DNA from: the human T2T-CHM13v2.0 reference genome, Homo sapiens
Direction: 5' to 3' (one strand)
NCBI RefSeq assembly: GCF_009914755.1
Contig: NC_060932.1
Length of the DNA stretch: 64,000 nt
In this document: piece after piece, positions 35,287 through 54,359 of the stretch
Layout of the letters: each line of letters begins with the position of its first letter
Position numbering within the stretch: position 1 is the first letter of the stretch
Translations under genes and position numbers: made by a program
The notes under the pieces: model-generated
What the model saw: only the letters and a program-made list of their open reading frames with translations
Told to the model about the DNA's origin: nothing
Databases searched by the model: none

Positions 35287-36442
35287 TATATAATAAAAAT
35301 ACCATCACTTAAAGTGAGTTATCTGCTCACAATTTAAGGCATGCAAGCTAAAACTAAAACCAAAAGCAGTATTTCTACTGTGCTCAGAATGAATAGCAAG
35401 AGAAAAAAATGCTTCCTCTTCCAAGAGTCAGTTATCAGTCTGATTCTCAAAAATTAAGGGTAGCCAATTTCCCCTCAACTGAAAAGAGCTGTCCCTCTCC
35501 TCTAAAAGTTGGTCGTGCTTATTTTTCTTTGGTGAGAGAAAGGGCTTGTTAAATCTTCTCCTCTCTTTTCTATTCCTAAAGGATTTTCTCTTTTATGAGA
35601 TAGCAAGTTTATTATCAAAACATCACTAACACTGAAGGAAAATCCAAGAGGTGTGAAAATTTCACCCACAATCCTATCATCCTAGAATAATAGCCATTTT
35701 TATGTTAGACTTTCCTGTTTAAACTAGCTGAAAGCTCTGCATGACTGTAATTTTAGCAAACATACAGTTTTTGTTTTATTTTAAATTTTAAGTAAACTTT
35801 ATATTCCTTAAACTGATCATATTCCACTGACTGATATACTATAACCTGCATGAACATTTCCCTATTGTTAAATACTGAGACTACGGAACACTAAAATGAA
35901 TTATTTCATGTTTACAGATTCTTTACTTCTTTTAATCCCTTAGAATGAATTCCTGAAAGTGGGATTGGTGAGTCAAATGTATTAAACATTTTTATAGCTT
36001 GATATGCACTGCCAAAACATTTTCCAAAAACTATGATATAATATGCAGTGCCACCAGCAAAAGAACAAGTGTTTTAGCACAACTACATGAGCTCTAGGTC
36101 TGTTATATTTCAATTGTGATTATTATAAACGCTATACAATGATACTTCACTGCTACTGTGGTATGTGTTCCTATTACTACTTGAGTAAAACACTTTTCAT
36201 AGGCTCAACTATTAGTTTTCTTTCATATAAATTGCCAGTTCACAGGCTCTGCTCTTTGGACTTCATGCTTAGAAATGTAAACATGTTCTTTATACTTATA
36301 TAGCTTTTGGCCCTTTGCCATATTTAAAGCAGTTATTTTCCCCCAAATTATTCTTGCTCTACTTTAAGCATGTTACTTTTTAATTTAGAAAATATCAACG
36401 TTCATGTATCCAGCTATGCCCATGCTGTTCTTCTTTGGCTAT

Positions 36443-36962
36443 TGTGACAGCCAGTCTCCAGGCTGCTCCCTAGGCATTCTTGCCTCCTGCTAGTCATACT
36501 CTTACAACTCCCTCTCATAATGAACTGGGTTGATCTGCATAACCAAGAAGATATTGCTGAAATAACACAGTGTGACTCTAAGGCCAGGTTATAAAACACA
36601 CTGCAGATTCCACCTCACTCTCTCTCAGACACTCATCGGGGGAGGCCAGCTGCCATGCTGCAGGCATGCATGCAGTCCTGTGAAGATGTCCACATGGCAC
36701 GGAACTGAAGCTTCTTGTCGACAAGCCCGTGGCAGCAGCAACTTGCCAGCCAGGTAAATGAGCCATCGTGGAAGCCTTCAGATGACTGCAGCACCAGTTA
36801 AAATCTTGGCAGCAACCTCATGAAAGATACCAAGTCAAAACCACCCAGATAAGCAACTCCCAAATTCCTGACCTACAGAAACAGTATGAAGTAAAAAATG
36901 TTTTGTTGCTTTAAGCTGCTAAGATTTAGAGTAATTTATTTCTGCAGCAACAGATAACTAGT
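36443..36962 (+). mobile_element. MaLR LTR (MLT1F/E-like)
   Basis: TG start and typical MLT1 3' end (tgctttaagctgctaagatttagagtaatttatttctgcagcaacagataacta). Confidence 0.75.
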
Positions 36963-37004
36963 AGTTAATTGTTCTACAATTTCTTTAAAAGTTACCGCTA
37001 CAGG

Positions 37005-37305
<301 letters not shown>

Positions 37306-37599
37306 GTTACCGCTACAGTAATAGTTTTCAAATTATGCTCATCCTTAGCTTAGAGAGACGCACAGACCACCTCAAATATAATGCTACTTAGACGGCAGGG
37401 CTGCAGACACAACACTTCCTCTCCTCGGTTTCATTCCCACCCCACCTAGAACAACTCATTCTATGTTTTATATATTTGGGTTTTAATTAGGGAATTTGGA
37501 AATAACTGCATTGTATGGCATGCCATTATATTTTCATCTAATCTTTCATGATTTACGGTTTATATTTAACTATGAAATCCATCCAGAGTTCATTCTGGT

Positions 37600-38155
37600 T
37601 TGTGACAACACGCTGGATATGACTACCTAGCACTCAAGATCTGTTCTCACCTTCTACTATGCATAAAAACTGAAAAGCTAAAAAATCATACTTCTTAAGA
37701 CTCCTTTGCAGCTAGGCTCTAAGTTCTGACAAGTGGATGTGTTCTCCAGGGATATTCGAAAGGTAAAAACAAAGCAAAGATCATCCTCCTCCTAGTACTA
37801 TTTTCTAATGATAAGCAAAGTCATGGTAACAACCGTATCCATGCTTCTCCCTCGTAGGTATCTAGAGCTATTGTAATGATGGCCAAACTTAGCACTTCAG
37901 CACCAACTACAGAGCGCAACTGTTGTGCAGTGGACTCCCCCCTGCTTGCACCTCTTCCAGATAGAGGCAGACACAGTAACTCCTCAGATGGGTCAGTTCT
38001 GCAGTGACCCCAGAGTCAGTCCTTAAAGCCCAACCTCCAGCTTGCTTCTTCAGCCCTGACAATGATTTCACAAATACCTAATTCTTATACTTAACTTCCT
38101 TCCTCTTGAAGTATGTAGTGTGGTTTCTGTTTTCTGAACTAAATCATGGTTGTTA
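37600..38155 (+). mobile_element. Old ERVL-type LTR (LTR33/41-like)
   Basis: ctcctttgcagctagg motif and 3' end tggtttctgttttctgaact. Confidence 0.45.
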
Positions 38156-38235
38156 TCACTATAAAACACTGAAAATTAAGCCAATGGTCAAAGATAATGC
38201 TGGTTTGCTAAGGCCTTCCTGTAAGGTCTTGTAAG

Positions 38236-38546
38236 TTTTTTTTTTGTTTGTTTGTTTGTTTTAATTTAAGACAGAGTCTCGCTCTGTTGCCAGGCTGGAG
38301 TGCAGTGACGCCATCTCAGCTCACCACAACCTCTGCCTCCTGGATTCAAGCAATTATCCTGCCTCAGTCTCCTGAGTAGCTGGGACTACAGGTGCGAACC
38401 ACCACGCCCAGCTAATTTTTGTATTTTTAGTAGTGATGGGGTTTCACCATGTTGGCCAGGATGGTCTCGATCTCTTGACCTTGTGATCTGCCCGCCTCGG
38501 CCTCCCAAAATGCTGGGATTACAGGCGTAAGCCACTGCGCCTGGCC
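38236..38546 (-). mobile_element. AluSc-like
   Basis: Alu on the minus strand; TSD tcttgt(a/g)agtt. Confidence 0.92.
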
Positions 38547-39015
38547 GATCTTGTGAGTTCTTGAAATGTAGAGCAAGAATATCTCTGGAACTGGCAAATT
38601 AGGAGATTCTGCAAAATCTTTCTTAGGGCCTAGAATTTCACATTGCTCGCTAGACTGCAGTATCAACACTATTTCCCAATGTGACATATGTAAGTTTCCA
38701 TCAAGAAAAACAAATCTGTTATCATCCTGGTTCTATTCATCAAGCCTGAGGCATAAATCAAGAAAGACGAAGTAGCGATTATTAAAGAAACCAGCAATAA
38801 CTTCAAACTGATTGCTGTGATTTAAGCAGATGTTAAATACTGAAATGTAAAGACCAAGAGGAAAAAATAAACCCACAGAAAGTGTTTTATATATATAAAA
38901 AAAAACTAAGACCTGATTTAAATTAACTGAATTACACATTTCAGCTATATATTCAAATCCCTCCCTAGTACAGAAGCTCATCTCAGTCACCTAAAACCAT
39001 AATCAAATTAAAATA

Positions 39016-39662
<647 letters not shown>

Positions 39663-39757
39663 TATTAATCTCATAAGGATCAAGGATACAAACTCAAGTC
39701 AACATACTTTCCGCTTGCCTTCGTAACACATTTTAGAAGAAAAACAGAAGGAAATCA

Positions 39758-39901
<144 letters not shown>

Positions 39902-41521
39902 CTAATACTTTTATTTAGTATTACTACAAAGACATCAAAATTATAGTTTTAAATTCCTACCAGAGTAAGTTTAGGACAATTGTATTACTCTCCTAAATTC
40001 CAGCTAAGTAGGTGAGTTTTTACAAAGCCTGCTCTGGCTGGGCCTTTACAACTGGTCCTTGTTATGACCATTTAGAAACTTTACTCCAAAAAATCCTATC
40101 CCAGTCATGTTCATCACTTAGAACCTAAATGATACAGTGTGGATTTTAAAAAGCAAACCCTTAAGATTGAAAAATTCAACTGGAATAAGTTCAAGAAGAC
40201 ACAGTGTAAGCGCTGAAAAAGCATGTGATCTAGTACAAGAGCAGTAAGATATATACAAGTAAACAGACACAGTGACTCCTCGGCAGAAGACATTAAGTGA
40301 GAGAAACAGTAAGTGTTTTCTAGCAGTACGAAAAAGAAATTCCAACTGTGGTGTGGAGGAAGGGAAAGGTTGAAAGGGGAAAACAACATGTACTAAGCAT
40401 CAGTATTATGTTTTGGGATCTTTAGAAACTTGTCCAAGGACAGTAGCTAACAAATGTTAAGAGTGGTTTGTTTAATCTATGTTCCTCCTAAGAGTGATGG
40501 AGAGAAGGCAATAGAGGTAGTATAAGTAGCATAGACTTAGGTGTGCAGTCTGGTAAGGCCAATGCTTAAAGCACATAGCTTCTGCTATAAGGGAGGGGAA
40601 AAAAAATAAAAGAAAGAAGCTAGATAAGTTCGTGAAGACTGCCACCGAAGGTAAAGAAGTTGGACTCTCAAACTCATTAAAATGTATACATTAAATATTT
40701 GCTTTTTATATATCAATTATACCTAAATACAGCTTTAAAACGAAAATAAATTTTTTTAAAATTGGACTTTATCCTATAGGCAAGTTTACAGAACCAGGAG
40801 ATAATCACTTGGAGAAAAATAATTATTGTAGCAATATCAAAGACAAACGGGGAAAACTCCAAAGATAGGTAAAACATTTAAACAGTGGTTACAATGATCT
40901 GGTGAAGACAAGATGAGAACTTGAACCAAAGCTAAGGAAATGAAATAGAAGAAATAGCAATGGGCTTAAAACCAGTTTTGAGAGTAGCAGAAAAACAAAG
41001 TGAGTTAAATATGACTAAGTGAACTGAAAAGATGGTGACGCTATCAACTGTGCACAGCAAGTCATTTTAAAGCAGAAAGTTTGGAGGAAAGCAATTTGGA
41101 GGAAACTGGTGAGTTCCATTTTAAATGTGTTTAGTTGGAGGTACCCTCAGTCACCTCTCAACTGTTTATGCTAGGCACTGTGCAGGATGGCAATGGAAAA
41201 CCCTCAAGATGCATTCATTCATTGGTTCATTGATTTGCTTGCTTCCCCAAGGACAAAGTATCGAGATGCTTTTAGTCTACTGGGGAGAACAGATAAAGTA
41301 CAATAAAATGTTTGTAGGTACCATGATAGAACTATAGTAATAGAAAACAGGAGGAAAGTGGGGAAGGAGGTACTTTCACAAAAGTACCCTTTGACTTAAG
41401 TTTTTCCAGAAGTATTTAACAGGCAGCCCCACCAGGTTCAAAAAGGTGTTCAAAAAGGTAGAAAATACACAATCAGATTTGGGAAGGGAAGGTGAGCTTA
41501 GTTTGGGGCTTACTGAGCTTA

Positions 41522-41921
<400 letters not shown>

Positions 41922-42719
41922 TCATGTAGCAATACCCACTGACAATATAATACAGAGAGATCTGAAATTTAAGACAGAGACTGGTCTGGATTTAAAAATC
42001 TAGAAGTCATATACATACAAAATGGCATTAAAGCCATCAGAATTGATGAGTTTTCTCACGGAGAAAGGTATGAAGAAGAGAGCTAAGGTGAGAATACCAA
42101 TAATTAAGTGGCTGGCAGAGAATAAGCCAGAAAAGCAAACAGATTAATGAGAGAGTTGGGTGGAACACCAATATCAAAACATCCAACACAAATAAGCTAA
42201 CAGTAGTGCTCAGCCAAGAGACTGAGAGATGAACGGCTAGTTGTCTTAATAATTATGGCTTAATCATAATTAAGACTACCACATCCTTTCCTCAAAAAGG
42301 AGTATGAAAAAAGAACTGGGGAAGTAAGTCAGGAAAGACTTTATCCAGCAGTAAAAATCTGGGGAAAAAAAAAAACCCAACAACTCTAAAGAAGGCCTAG
42401 GAAGAAGGTAGAAGCCAGTCATGAGATTTGAGCTTTATTCTGTAGCCTCTAAGGTACAACTGGGAGATTTTAGGCAGAGGAATAGTACGGCCAAGATTTA
42501 AATTTTAGAAAAGTCATTCTGTAAGCAGTTAAAAACTGATTGCAAGGGATGTGATCTATAATCCAGGCCATGAGCAAAGAAGGACTGTATTAAGGCGCTG
42601 AGCAAAGAAATGGAGAAAAGAAGATAAAAGATATTAAAAGATAAAATTGTCAGGACTTGATGGCTAATTGCTTTGGGGAGAGAAGCATAGTAAGGAAGAC
42701 AAGAGACTGGGAAGACAGC

Positions 42720-43935
<1,216 letters not shown>

Positions 43936-44310
43936 TTAATCAAAAAATATAGTATAGGACCATGGTACCTTTGGAATATTCTTCAAGAAACATCAATAGT
44001 GATTTGGACATTAAAGTTTGGAACTTAGGAAACAGGCTGAAGATGGACTGAAAAGATATCAACATACAGGTGATAACTGACAGCACTCAGAACGTGGAGG
44101 GGGCAGAAAAGGGTAGAAAGTAAGGAGAGGGGAGTACAGAAATGGGATAAAGACTGAGAGAAGCATACCAACATTCAGGAGCACCTGAGAAAAAAAAGGA
44201 GACCACAAAGGACCAATCTAAGAGAAAACAGAAACAAAAGAAGTAATGACACAAGAACTTCAACAAGTAGAAAGTAATCAATAATCAATTTTGGAAAGAT
44301 AAAGTATCTA

Positions 44311-44528
<218 letters not shown>

Positions 44529-47085
44529 GTATTTACTAGATTCTGCAACTGAGAAATAGTTGAAGGCATCACTGTGAGAGAGCCCTTGTCAGTGACAGAA
44601 TAAGAACTAAAGTCACAGGACCAACAAACTGCCATGAACGGACAGAGAGCAGACAAAAGGTAGCTAAAAAGAAATTGCAATAGGTTTTAATGTATTCTAA
44701 GTGTTCAAGATGGGAAAGACTAAACCTATTTAAATGTAGAAGAGAAGACAAATGTAATAAAAGAGATTGGACCTATTAGAGGCAGTGAAGATCAAATGAT
44801 GTGTCAACTCTTCTTCCTGGGCCTCTCTCCACTACACCATCTTTTATAAAACAGGGGTGAGAGCATGGAAAAGTCATTCTCCTCGAGGGATATGTACACA
44901 ATTCAATGTAATGACCTATGAATGGCAGGTCACAGTACCAGGTTCACATATAAAGCTCATTGTATCACTTTAGCAGTCTGGATTAAAAAAAGGAACAAAG
45001 TTGGGTTTAGAGGAATCACTGAAGAGAAGCCTACTTTAGGACAGGGAAGCTAGAGGGAAGACTGAGAACAGTATCGCAACTCAAACTAAATTACCAAAAT
45101 TAACATATTTAAGTATAGCAAAGTACTTGGCCAATCTACTATACTTCTCAGGGACAGATTAGATCACTTTATTACTACTTAACGAAGCAAACATAAAAGG
45201 GAAAAAAAGGAGAAAGTCTGGAAAACAAATTATTGTTATTCTTCAGCATAGGAAACCTGTCTTCAAACATGTGTCTTTATCATCCAGAACAAGACAGTAA
45301 AGTTTCTAACTGCAAAAAAAAATGGTATTCAAAATCATAACTAAGAAACCGCTAGCAAAATTGTCCCTCTATGTCCCTGTATATTCCCTGTAATATTACT
45401 ACTGTTAACACTTCTTTTATATATGATCAGTTTCACATTACTAGACTTTGTCTACCCCAAACCAAATTAGCTTCAGCCATTCAAACCTATTCATCAAAGT
45501 GAAGGGTTGAGGCACAGTGATTCAGACCAACTGGCTGTGTTGTTACTTAGAGCTGGATAGACAGTTTAACCAAATTATTCTAGCACTTATCAAATAATCC
45601 CAGTCTTAGACCGTGCTTACTCATGACACAAAACAATTTGCTGATTAGTCCCAATAATGACAAGTTTATACAATATTGATATTTACAGTGTGAAAATAAA
45701 GCTGAAAAGCAATTTGTTAAGCCAAATAAAGGCGTTATTCCAAACAGAGTCAAGCTGTATAAAAACAGTTTTCAGTCACACATGGCATGCTCCCCACTGA
45801 AGATGCATATTCTTTGGCCAAGCATAAAAATAATAAACTTTTCAGCTACCAAACCAAAGTGAATCCACAGAGATATACTATTACTGACAATGATCATGAC
45901 ATTTTAACTAAGTGATAATTTCAGTTTGTTTTTTAAGTGCAATTTGGGAAAGAGTAACAGTACCTTGGGGGTTTAAGTCATTTCAGCTGATGAGCTACAG
46001 CAACAAATGGTTTAAATAAATCATCTAGGTTAAGACACAGTCTATCAGTTTTCTTTAATTTATTGGTCAAATAGCACTGCTAATCAGTACACCATGATTT
46101 GTTTTACAATATGCCAAACTATATTGTTAAAAGCATTTAAAAATTATAACTCCAGGTCACTCTCATTCCCAAACTATTAATGAGCATGAAAACCAGTGAG
46201 GTAGGGCTAAAACTATATTGGGTTCACCATAAGATTTGAATCTGAAATGCACTAAGGTGGTTATAGGAAAAATAGAAGAGATATTCAAAGCATTTTCCAA
46301 GAAAAACTCTACAAGCTGATTTCAATTGCTCTGTATCACAAAGACAAAAACTACTGATAATCAGTGAAAAAATCTGTGCAGAGACAGAAAATATGCCATA
46401 TATTTCTCTCAGACCTATCCAAGCTTCTTTCTTATACCTTATTGTTCCCATGATCTATATAAAGTAAACCTGTTCCTACAACTAATAAAAGAAAAAAGGT
46501 TGTAGCAAATGACTTTACACACCATTAAACACAGCAGCCACAGTGAATCTGTTAAAAGGTAAATCAAAGCATGTCATTCAGCTGCCCCCAACTCTCCAGT
46601 CCAATTGCTTCCATCTCAGATTAAATGCCACATGAACTACAAGGTACTGTGTGATCTGTACTCCCCTGCTTTCCCCCTCAGTTACCTGCCTGACCTCATC
46701 TTCTATTGCTCTCTCCCTCTACACTCCACTCCAGCTTCCTTGCTTAGGTTTTCAAGGCAGTGGTTACAGGCACAGGGCCTTTGCATTTGCTTTCCTTCTA
46801 TATCTAGAATGTTCGTCCCAAGATCTTTCAGATCTCTACTCAGGAAGTCACCTTCTCAGTAAGGCTTTTTTTGAACACCCCATCTAGCATTTCAAAGCAA
46901 CCCACCAACCCCAATAATTCACAAGTTCCTTCCCTGCTTTGTTTTTTCCCCTTAACCCTTTTCACTAATTAACATGTGTGTATGTATATCTTATTATTTA
47001 TTCTTAACTAAATGTAACTTCTATGAAGACTCTGATTTTCACCTGTTTTTTAGGACCATATTCTTACTACTAAAAGCAATGCCTA

Positions 47086-47394
<309 letters not shown>

Positions 47395-47983
47395 CAATGC
47401 CTAGTATATAGAAGTCACTCAATAAGTATTACTGAATAATTAATTGAATTACCTTGTAGAACTAGATATAATAAGAGTACCTTACATAGAAAGAACAATG
47501 AGTTGGGTATGAGCCTGATAAAAAGCCATGTGTAGTGCAGTAATAATCACAGCAGTACAGAAATGCTCTATTGTTTACAAAGCAATCTCACAAAGTGATT
47601 TCATGGCCATAACTAAGTAAGATTTCTGCCATAGCAACTCAAAAGCAGAGGGAGATTTGAGGCAGAGGGCACCAATATTGTGTACCTTGTGTCGTCGGTT
47701 GCCCTACATCTCCTTTAAGCACCCTGTTGAGATCTCTATAATAATCACCAGATGGCAGTATTGAGGCAAACACAGGGTGGATGATTCGGTAACAAGCAGG
47801 CATTCTGACTTGAACTTTTAAAAACAGGAACAGTAAAAATTTTGCCCAATGCTCTCTGTTGAAGTTTATACCATGAAATAATTTTTAATCATAACCATTT
47901 AGAATATCTTAAATAATGACATTTTCTAGATACACAGATATATCATCTGAGATATTCCCATCTAAAAAGTCCAATTTTCATTT

Positions 47984-48284
47984 CTTTTTTTTTTTTTTTT
48001 TTGAGATGGAGTTTTGCTCTTGTTGCCCAGGCGGGAGTGCAATGAGGTGATCTCAGCTCACTGCAACCTCCATCTCCTGGTTCAAGTGATTCTCTTGCCT
48101 CAGCCTCTCGAGTAGCTGGGATTACAGGCATGTGCCACCACACCCAGCTAATTTTGTATCTTTAGTTGAGACGGGGGTTTCACTAGGTTGGTCAGGCTGG
48201 TCTCGAACTCTTAACCACAGGTGATTCACCCACCTTGGCCTCCCAGACTGCTGGGATTACAGGAGTGAGCCACCACGCCCGGTC
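47984..48284 (-). mobile_element. AluSp/Sq-like
   Basis: Alu on the minus strand; TSD ccaattttcatttcttt. Confidence 0.92.
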
Positions 48285-48810
48285 CCAATTTTCATTTCTT
48301 TCCCCCAATACTGTCTTTAATTTTTTAAAGGCCATAAACCTTATCTCTATTTTCTAATATCTTCTGAGGCACTCAAATCTAACTTTATTTTGTCTCTATT
48401 CTTAAACACTGACAAAAAGAACAGTCAAGAACCTGTTTTATTATATGCAATTATTTCTAGTTAAGACTGAATTGAATGATAAATTCTATAATTTGTCACC
48501 ACTGAAATTTTCATGGAAAAAAACTGCACTTGTAAACTCAAACTCATAACTTTGGAAACCTCTAAGAGATCACTTAATAAGCAATCAGGCAATACAGGTA
48601 TGTGGTTTCTAAAAGCTACAAAATTTCTCAAGTTTTACAGCCACTGGAAATTACTGAGACACACTGGCATATCCAATTAAAAGAGTATGGAAGAAGTACA
48701 CATATAATTCATGTAATACTCCCTATAACACTCAAACATGCACTAAGCAACAAAAAAGGATAATGAGCACATCCTACCATAGATTTAAATACAAAACATC
48801 TATAAAGTAT

Positions 48811-49162
48811 CTATGGTTTCAATGTCCCCTCCAAGTCTGGTGTTGTTAAGAGGTGGGGGCTTTCGGAAGGTAATTGGGCCATGAGGGCTCCGCCCTCATG
48901 ACTAGATTAATGCTGTTATCAGGGGAGTGGGCTAGTTATCGTTGGAATTTGGCCCCCTTTTCCTCTCTGTCTTGCGTGCTCGCTTCTGTCTTCTGCCCTT
49001 ATGCCATGTTATAGCACTGCAAGAAGGCCCTCACAGAGAGATGAGGCCCCTTGATCTTAGACTTCTCAGTCTCCAAAACTATGAACCAAATAAACATATT
49101 TTCTTTATAAATTACCCAGTGTGTAGCATTCTGTTACAACAGCAGAAAACAGACTAAGGCAT
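48811..49162 (+). mobile_element. MaLR LTR (MST-like)
   Basis: ctatggtttcaatgtcccctcc start and ataaattacccagt...agcagaaaacagactaag end. Confidence 0.75.
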
Positions 49163-52100
49163 ACACAAAACTTATGTTCAACTATAATTATTGCAACTCG
49201 TTTCTTTAAAATCTAGTAGTGTACCACAAAAGGACATATATTATATATTATATGATTCCATTTATATGAGGTACCTAGAATAGACAAATTCATAGAGACA
49301 GAAAATAAAACAGGTTACCAAAGGCCATGGGAAGTGGAGAATGGGAAGTTATTGTTTAATGGATACAGAGTCTGTTTGAGATGATGGAAACGTTCTGAAT
49401 GGATGGAAAAGAAATTGATGGTATCACGACAGTGTGAATGTACTTAATGCCACTGAATTATACACTTAAATAGTTAAAATGGTAAATTTTTATATAAATT
49501 TTACAATATAAAAATGAACAAAACCAATTAGTATAGATTTTTCATATTCTCACAAATCAGATGATTTAAGTAATAGGTCAAAACCCATGCAATGAAAAGC
49601 AACTACTATAATTTGTTCTCATCTTGAAACCTGTATTTTTAACCATTCCTGTGGAACCCTAGGAATATGTTAAATCTGGTATGCAGTAAACAGAATTAGA
49701 AATATAATTGTAGCCCATCAAAAATGGAAAAAAAAGTTACTAATAACAATTATATTTGGCTACTGAATTTAAATGTTAGCCATTTTATTTTCACTGTACC
49801 TACATGGAAGTTAGTTATCTTTTAATCCAATTGCATAAAAACAACTCACTTTGTCTTAAGAAAAATTTTTAAGAATTAAATCTATAGATCAAACACTTTT
49901 CAGTCTCAAACAAAAAATTCTTTCTGACCACCATATATCTTATCCATCCAGGTTACTCTGAGCATAAACCACCATAAGCTTCTCTCAAATCTATCCCTCT
50001 ACAACTACAACCTAGACTGCCTCTCCAGTCCTCTAGTGGCTCCCAGGTACTTCATCCTACTCCCTTCTTCTATAATCAAGTAAAGTAAATTTAACTTGAA
50101 ATTAACTTTCTTCGGTGGGTATTTGTTTCACAGAACTTGAAACAAATAATTTTCAGCAGAGACATTATCTATAAGCTGATAAACATCTACTGACAAGCAC
50201 TCTACTATACAAATACCTGAAGGATTAAGAGGAGTTAAGTCTTAAGCTTAGAAGGGTGGAAAATTGGACTATTTTCAGGCATGGTATAGTGAAGGAAACC
50301 AAAATGATGCTCAATGACTGGGCATGAGGAAAACGAGTATTGCTAGGTTGTCAAAATATAACCCAATACACAGTAAGAAGTCTAGTAAATGTTACTCCTT
50401 GGTGGGCATTTTAACATAACATAAAAATTTGAATCAATCAAAGAAAAGGTTGTACTCACATTTTCAAAGCACTTATAAATGTCAGTCAATTCAAAGACAA
50501 AATCCACACAAAACAATTAGAAACCAATTAAGTACCATTCATATTTTCACTCACACACCAAAAAAGTAAGCCTTCTGGAAGAATCTCTGCAAAATTCGTT
50601 ATTTCCAATATCATAAGAGTAACAAACTGCACACATATTCCCTTTAGGAAACTCATCCTTTGTTGGAAAGTGTTCATACTTTGAGAAAGCTGAATGTTCT
50701 AAAACGTATGGTTCTCTTCCACTCAGGCAAGCTCTTCATGTCAATTTTACCAAGTTTTTCATTCTTTCACTAATAATAGCCTTTGATGAACTCATGCTCT
50801 GACCAAATCCTTTCTGACAGTTTTGAATTCCATTTTTAGCCACCTTTTCCAAACTGATATCCTAGGTGAGCAGATATCACCACTTAATTCACCTATGCCT
50901 TGCACTTAGTATATACTAAGTAAGCGTTTGTTGAAATTAAAATGCAATGAAACCATGCTTAGCTCCATTTATCATTACTTACTCAGAGCCTTTCCTCCTA
51001 GATTCTATATCTTCAAGGAAACTATATCTGGGTGGACTTTAATCTCTTTAAATTCTTCAGCATCCCATATACTATCAAGTACTCTATGGCTGCTTATTAA
51101 ACATTTTTAAGGATAAGCTGTTCTCAAAAGTACACACCTGCAAAAGATTTATAATAATTAAAAAAAAAATGAATGGCCTGGGAAAAGACCTATAATTTCC
51201 ATTACTTATAGTATATAACTTTCTATAATTTTAATCAATTCCAACATAACCCATTAGCCATTACAAAACTTTAATAGGGATGCTAAATTGAATTCATTTT
51301 TATTATGATGAGTTCATTCAATGACTTCTACAATTAGACATCAATAAGATTACTGGTGAAAGTTAATGATATAATTGGATCAGTAATGATAAACTTCAAT
51401 TTCCACTTTTACTATGTATGTAGATTATTGGAAATTCAGATAAGAAATCAATCATCTATTAAGATACTCTAACAATCTTCTATTTCTTAATCAGAAGTGA
51501 CATCAAAAATGACAATATCCATATTTGCTGAATTTAAATTCTAAGTTAAGAAACTGCAAAGCGTTATCTTCCTTTCACAGGTTTAGTGGTTATTTGAAAG
51601 CTCCACTTTCTATTTGTCAGTGATACATTTCCTCATTCATCCAAATACTGGATGATATTTACAAATTATTATTGCCTCTCCCTTCCTTTGTGGTCCTTTT
51701 CTTTCTACTTTAGTTTCTTTTACATGTTTGTACCTCTCTCCTGACTCAGTCATGTCACCATATGCAATCTCCTCCATAGACTGACTCCCTCTACTCTTTC
51801 TTTGACTTTTTTCTGCATATTGCTACCAGATTAATCCTCCTTAAATACTATTTTTATCCAGTCATTTGCCTGGCTCAAAACTTATAAAATATATCTCAAC
51901 TGTCAACTCCCACAGGCTGGCATTCAATTCCCTCCTTTATATACTAAACTACCTTTCTCACTCTATCTTCCTCTATTCCCAATCTACTCATTCATCTTCA
52001 GAAATCATACTTTACGCTCATTCTCCAGGGTATTTTACCCCTTCTCTCAAAGTCGTTTGTATCTCCACCTACAAGAATCACCTCAGCAGCACTTAGAAAC

Positions 52101-52555
52101 AAACTGGGTTCTGCCACTGTGGCATCACTTTAAGCAAGTTACTTAAGTGTTGAAAAGTACAACATACCTGCCTTTCAAGTTAATGTGAAGATTAACAGAT
52201 AAAGTTATGGCTGTGTAATTCAAATGTAAGAAACACCTAGTAAGTGCTAGTTTCTGCTACACCTTTTTCAAAACTGTATCTATCCTTCAAAGCTTATTTT
52301 TGTTAACTGACTGATTGCCACTTCTTAACTCAGGGCAAGTTTTAGTTCTATTTTAACTTCCTGAAATAGGCAAGTTCATTAAAATTTCCTGTGGCCTAAG
52401 AAATTTTCTATATATGGTATTTACTTATGCAACTGCATTAAGAGTTTTAAAGTCTTTGTACATACACATTTGCCACACTGCATATTACCCACTTAAAAAA
52501 ATAATTTAGTGGTACTTGAGTATAAGAGCATTAGCAAAAGAATATTTCTATGCTA

Positions 52556-52942
<387 letters not shown>

Positions 52943-54359
52943 TTAAAATATTGTTATTGTAGGCATTTATTTCGGCCAAAGGTTTAAGAACACGTGAACA
53001 AATCGGCATATAGCATCATTTTCTTCAAGACCTATGAAGAACAATAACTGATACATATCTGATAGAATGCAAGGTTCTGCTATCAGAATCATGATGTTTG
53101 GAACTGAAAGGGATCTGCAAAAATCATTATACGCTCCTCAGTTAAACAAAGAAAAAAAATCACTGTCAAACGGTGCACATGACTAGTAAAGTGACAAAAG
53201 TGACATTCAAAGTCAGGTAGATATTCTGACTCCAAGTTCATAACTCTAAATACATTATGCAGTTTTCAACTCAGTTGCTCAAGTGAACAATCTATAGATA
53301 AAACGTGAGGGAGGGAGAGGAAGGAGGGAAGGAAGGAGGAGGAAGGAGGCTTTACAGGTAGAAAATGCTCGGTTTCTATTATTGGTAAATAGTGATACTA
53401 ACATAATATAGTGTAGAATGGTTTAAACTTGGATATTTAAAACAAATACTGACCAGAGGTTCTCTGCTGCCTTCCTCAAAGAACAGCATTATTCATAGCA
53501 AAAAGAAATCAATCTTTACTCCCTTTTTCCACTCCCAGAGAATTATTAAGAAAGGGGAAAAGATAGACAAAAATATGGAACCAAAGCAGGTTCCTAAATG
53601 TAACTAATAAGACCTTTTATTTTAACACAGCACATTAGTGTCTCTGTAACTAAGTAAGACAAAAACTTTTCTGCCTAAGAAACTAAGACAAGGCATTGAG
53701 AGGGTCAAGAAAGGTGGAAGGAGGTTGAAATGTAGAGTAAGTGGCAGCTAGTGACAAGTTCCTAAAGGCAACATGGTCAAGGGACTTTTCAAAAAACTGT
53801 CTAAGACTACATTCTAAAATTTTTCTATGCTACAATAAAAATCTTGAAACTTGCAGCCCACTAAAAAAACAAGTATGTCATTTTTCAGTAATTTTTTAAA
53901 AGGCATGGGGCTTAAGTTTGATTCTGTGCAGTGCAGAGCAGAGGGAAGAGACACACCCAAAGAGCTAGGGCAAAAGTAAGATGAAGGCCTTGGGAACCTA
54001 GCCAGAAGTAAGCTTAACAATGCAAGTTCCTGAGGATCTGTACAGATCTTGAGAAGAATGAAATTCTCCTACAACAAGGAATAGGGGCTTGTCAAAAGAC
54101 AAGCCTCAGTTGTCAGCTATATCTAGGCTGCAGCAGGAAATGCTTGGTTACCTATAAAGAGAGCATCTTAGAGTTCTAGGTCTCCTACATGTATGCAAAG
54201 ATACTTAGTACGTCTTTGTCTGCTTCATTGTTTTTAGTTTTAATGGAAAAGCTTCACTATTTACCCCAATTATAAAATCGTAACATTCATACTAAAATTT
54301 TTATAATAAAACGAGAGATAAGACTAAAATTCTCTCCTAATCTTTTGCTTCCTCCTCTT